DNA from: Halocafeteria seosinensis
Lineage: Eukaryota
Direction: 5' to 3'
Assembly (NCBI GenBank): GCA_001687465.1
Contig: LVLI01000326.1
Location: 56,973-76,972, forward strand
Length of the DNA stretch: 20,000 bases
Shown piece by piece: positions 17,104 through 20,000 of this stretch. The first letter of the stretch is position 1; the number at the start of each line of letters is the position of its first letter. The position numbers and the translations under genes were made by a program. The notes beneath the pieces were generated by a model. The model was not told the DNA's origin, did not search any database, and worked only from the letters and a program-made list of their open reading frames with translations.

Positions 17104-20000
17104 TTACCCTGGCCGGTATCCCTGCTTCAGTCTTCTGGACCAAAACGCCCACCATATCCTTTGTTGCATAATTAGTTTGTCGGTATCGTTTTCTATCTCC
17201 TGAGATCTGCCCTTGATGATTAAAACTGCTGGATTCTCTTTTGAGACTACTATTGCACTTCCGGGTACTACAAACGGTTCTACCAACAACGAGAACTGCA
17301 AATCGTTGTGCACCCTCGTACTTCTCTTAAGACATATTGAGAACACCTTCTCCGTCTCTCCGTCATCCCACTGGGCATAAGAGTCGATAGGAGAAAAATC
17401 GAGGTCGGCCTTGGCAGATCCTTCAACAGACCAAATGTGCATTAGCACAGTGCCTAATGGCAACGCTCCATCCTCGCCTAAAGTTCTTCTCCGAATGTGC
17501 ACTTGAATGATGTTACCGTCAACTACCTGTTGTGGTTGATCGAAGAGCAAAATTTGTTTCTGAAGGAGAATTGGCGTATATTCCGCTTGATGTGAATCTG
17601 TCACGTTCCTTGCCCCGGTTTCGCAGGTTGTCTCCACCTGTTGCAGTCGAACGCGAGTGAGCATTAACTCCTGGTCTCGCATATCTAGTTGGCTTCTGAG
17701 CTCCTGTAATTCTTCGAGGGCTGTGTTCAGCTTAGCCTCAAGACGCGGATCATTCATGATACACGAACCGTCATCCACATCCGCATCTGCATCGTAATTG
17801 AATGCCGTTTTGTACGTACATCCCCGTTTATCGCTGGTGAAGGTGCAGCTTCCGTCATCGGATTGGGCCGTTTCATCGAAGTTCGAAGCATTCCGATATG
17901 TACAACCTTGCTTTGGCCAGATGCAAGAGCCATCATCAATATCGGCCGTGGAGTCAAAATTTAGAGCTCCCTTACACGTGCAACCTTGACTAAGGTCTGG
18001 AGCCAGGAGGCAAGAGCCATCATTTAGGTCCGCTGAAGGATTAAAGTTCTGCAACATCAATACCGCAGGTGATTACTGCTTCAAAGATGCAAAGCGCTGC
18101 TTCACACGTACCGAAGCAACAGAATAGGTGCAGCCACGCAAGGCCGTCTCATTTACGCAAGAACCGTCATCAACGGTAGCAAGGCTGTTATAGTTAGACA
18201 ACGACGGATCAGTACAGCCGAGAATATCAGGGCTCCCTAAAATTCTACCATTCTCATCCTCAGGGCAAAATGAAATGTTTCGGATTCCAAAGATCATACC
18301 GTCATTCGTTACTTTTCCTCCACAAACATACACGTTGTCCGGAAAATACCCTTTGGCACCACTTGATACAGATAACGTAACGTCAACGAGAACGAGTGTA
18401 TGAGTACGCGCGTGGACATACGACCACAACGTCAACTTCCCACCTCCATGTCGCTGAACTTGAAATTCTTTTTCAACCCGGTGGACCACTTTCGAGGTCG
18501 AAAACAAGCACATCACACCGGATGCACAACGAACCCTCCCAGTTCTGTCTCCAAACAAACTACCCACCCCAACCATAACTTCTGCATACCCCTCGGCATT
18601 ATTCAGGATAATATCACCGTAAGACACTGCACTGATACTATCAAAACTCGAGGCTCCACTCAACACTGCAATTCCTGCTAGATTCCCCGCAAACGGCCAA
18701 CCCATCCCGCCATCGACCACCAGATGAGTCGAGCGATTCGGACACCGCCGCATATATGTTCCAGGTCCAGAACGAGTGCCACTTCCTACGGCGTTTCCGG
18801 GAAATCCACCAAAGGATTCAACTCTCAAGGAAATATCACTCGACGAAACTCCTTTCGAATCAAGCACATTCTCACAATACAATGCAATACGCCCTCCAGC
18901 ACCACCTTTACCTGAACCAGATCCATATCTCCGATCCAAACCTCCATTTCCACCGTTACTTCGTAACAGGCCGTCACCATTCACCAACGAACCAGTTCGG
19001 ATTAGAATACTTCCACCCGATCCACCGCCAGCGCTGCACAAAACACACGATCAAGCATTTATACAGTCAAACAGAAACACGAACAAGAGACGTACCTGCT
19101 CCCATGACTGTTTGGTCCATCTCCACCGCTCATATCGATTGTCCCTTCTAGGTGGCTCCACTCAGCAATGTTTAACTCCAGATGAGCTCCACCATGAGCC
19201 CCACTCTGCCCATTCGGATGGCAGCTGCCACTTCCTGGAGCCATTGGCAAAAACACGTCACCATACGCTCTACCAATCTTGCCCCCTTCAATCAATACGT
19301 CCACATCTTCAGAGCTTCCGAGACCTCCATACGAACCTCCATACGTCGACGGTTGTGGCGTACCAGGACCACTACAAGGACCACCTCCCGTCCCTTTTCC
19401 CACAATGCTCGCTGAACTGTCTACATACAAAGTTTTCGCCGACAGAGTTGCGTTCTTTTCGACATGGAGTGCAGAGCTATTGTATAATCGCAAGGAATTC
19501 GATAAACTTAATATCAAATCTTGTTCCAAATTGCAACGCCCAGTCTCAATCAACGTTAACGACCGCACAGAGAAAGCATCCGATGCCGGGCGAACAGACA
19601 ATACCCCACCCCAGGTCACAGTCACATCTTTCACCCCGCTCCACAGACCCAAAACGTTTATGGGAACCCACGCTATTGTAGCATGTGAAGGAGTGACCAA
19701 TTCTCCCCGAGACTTAACGGTTATCCCCGATTTGGTTAACCCCAGATGTACCTCATCCAGATGGTACACTCCGACGTTAATGCTCGTCCATATTCCGGAG
19801 GTGTCTTCAAACAAACGAGTATATGTATGCACACGTCCTACTCGATTCAAGGTAGTATTCTCAGTGCTTTCTTCTTTGCTTACTGCACTCAGGATACCAA
19901 TACTATCATCCTCTATGGTCCATCTGCCACTCGTGTCTCCTTCCAGGAATCCTATAGAGAAGATTGTGCGGTTGGCCCGTAATATCGAAGGAAGCCAACG
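17104..20000 (-). CDS. Gene B: convergent paralog of gene A, 5' truncated. complement(join(17104..18048,18112..19033,19096..>20000))
   Basis: The frame is open from 20000 (RWLPSILRANRTIFSIGFLEGDTSGRWTI...). It carries the same module motifs, half-module, GCT repeats, coiled coil, Calx-beta-like domain and IWWAxWxRR tail as gene A. Two GTACGT...TGCAG introns join the three ORFs in frame. Confidence 0.92.
17761..18219 (-). repeat. Five GCT...DGSC repeats in gene B; the second is interrupted by an intron
   Basis: GCTDPSLSNYNSLATVDDGSC, GCTYSVAS|NFNPSADLNDGSC, GCTCKGALNFDSTADIDDGSC, GCTYRNASNFDETAQSDDGSC, GCTYKTAFNYDADADVDDGSC. Confidence 0.9.
18049..18111 (-). other. Spliceosomal intron, phase 0, 63 nt (gene B)
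   Basis: GTACGT...TTGCAG on the minus strand. Removing it rebuilds an intact GCT repeat and removes an in-frame TAA. Confidence 0.92.
19034..19095 (-). other. Spliceosomal intron, phase 2, 62 nt (gene B), at the conserved module boundary
   Basis: GTACGT...TGTGCAG on the minus strand, between IDMSGGDGPNSHGS and AGGGSGGS. Confidence 0.92.

Noticed and set aside
15629..18219. GCT repeat blocks as a CRISPR array, or as terminal inverted repeats of a mobile element
   Set aside because: They are conserved at the protein level with degenerate codons and lie in frame within the genes. The inverted layout just reflects the convergent paralogs, and no transposase or cas gene is visible.
18776..19681. 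301-aa Pro-rich + strand ORF
   Set aside because: It is the antisense shadow of Gly-rich gene B codons (GGN read as NCC/CCN), with no independent protein features.

Overview
This is eukaryotic genomic DNA from a compact genome, with short 60-72 nt GT-AG introns. The window is filled almost entirely by the 3' parts of two convergent paralogous genes. Gene A (+ strand, <1..16870) is one giant spliced gene, not the dozen separate ORFs of the ORF track. It has 10 exons and 9 introns, all phase 2 and at the same position of a ~500-550 aa tandem module made of Gly-rich tracts plus a ~21-25 aa-period beta-solenoid-like segment. The window holds 9 full modules, then a terminal half-module, four Cys-rich GCT...DDGSC-type repeats, a coiled coil, a Calx-beta-like domain and a Trp/Arg-rich tail. 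That is about 5,430 codons once a 2-nt frameshift at ~10352-10359 is corrected. Gene B (- strand, 17104..>20000) has the same C-terminal architecture, with different repeat counts and one extra intron. The stops are 233 bp apart, with a 9-bp hairpin between them. Both N-termini lie outside the window. I could not support any RNA gene, mobile element or CRISPR array, and cannot assign the organism or protein function from the sequence alone.
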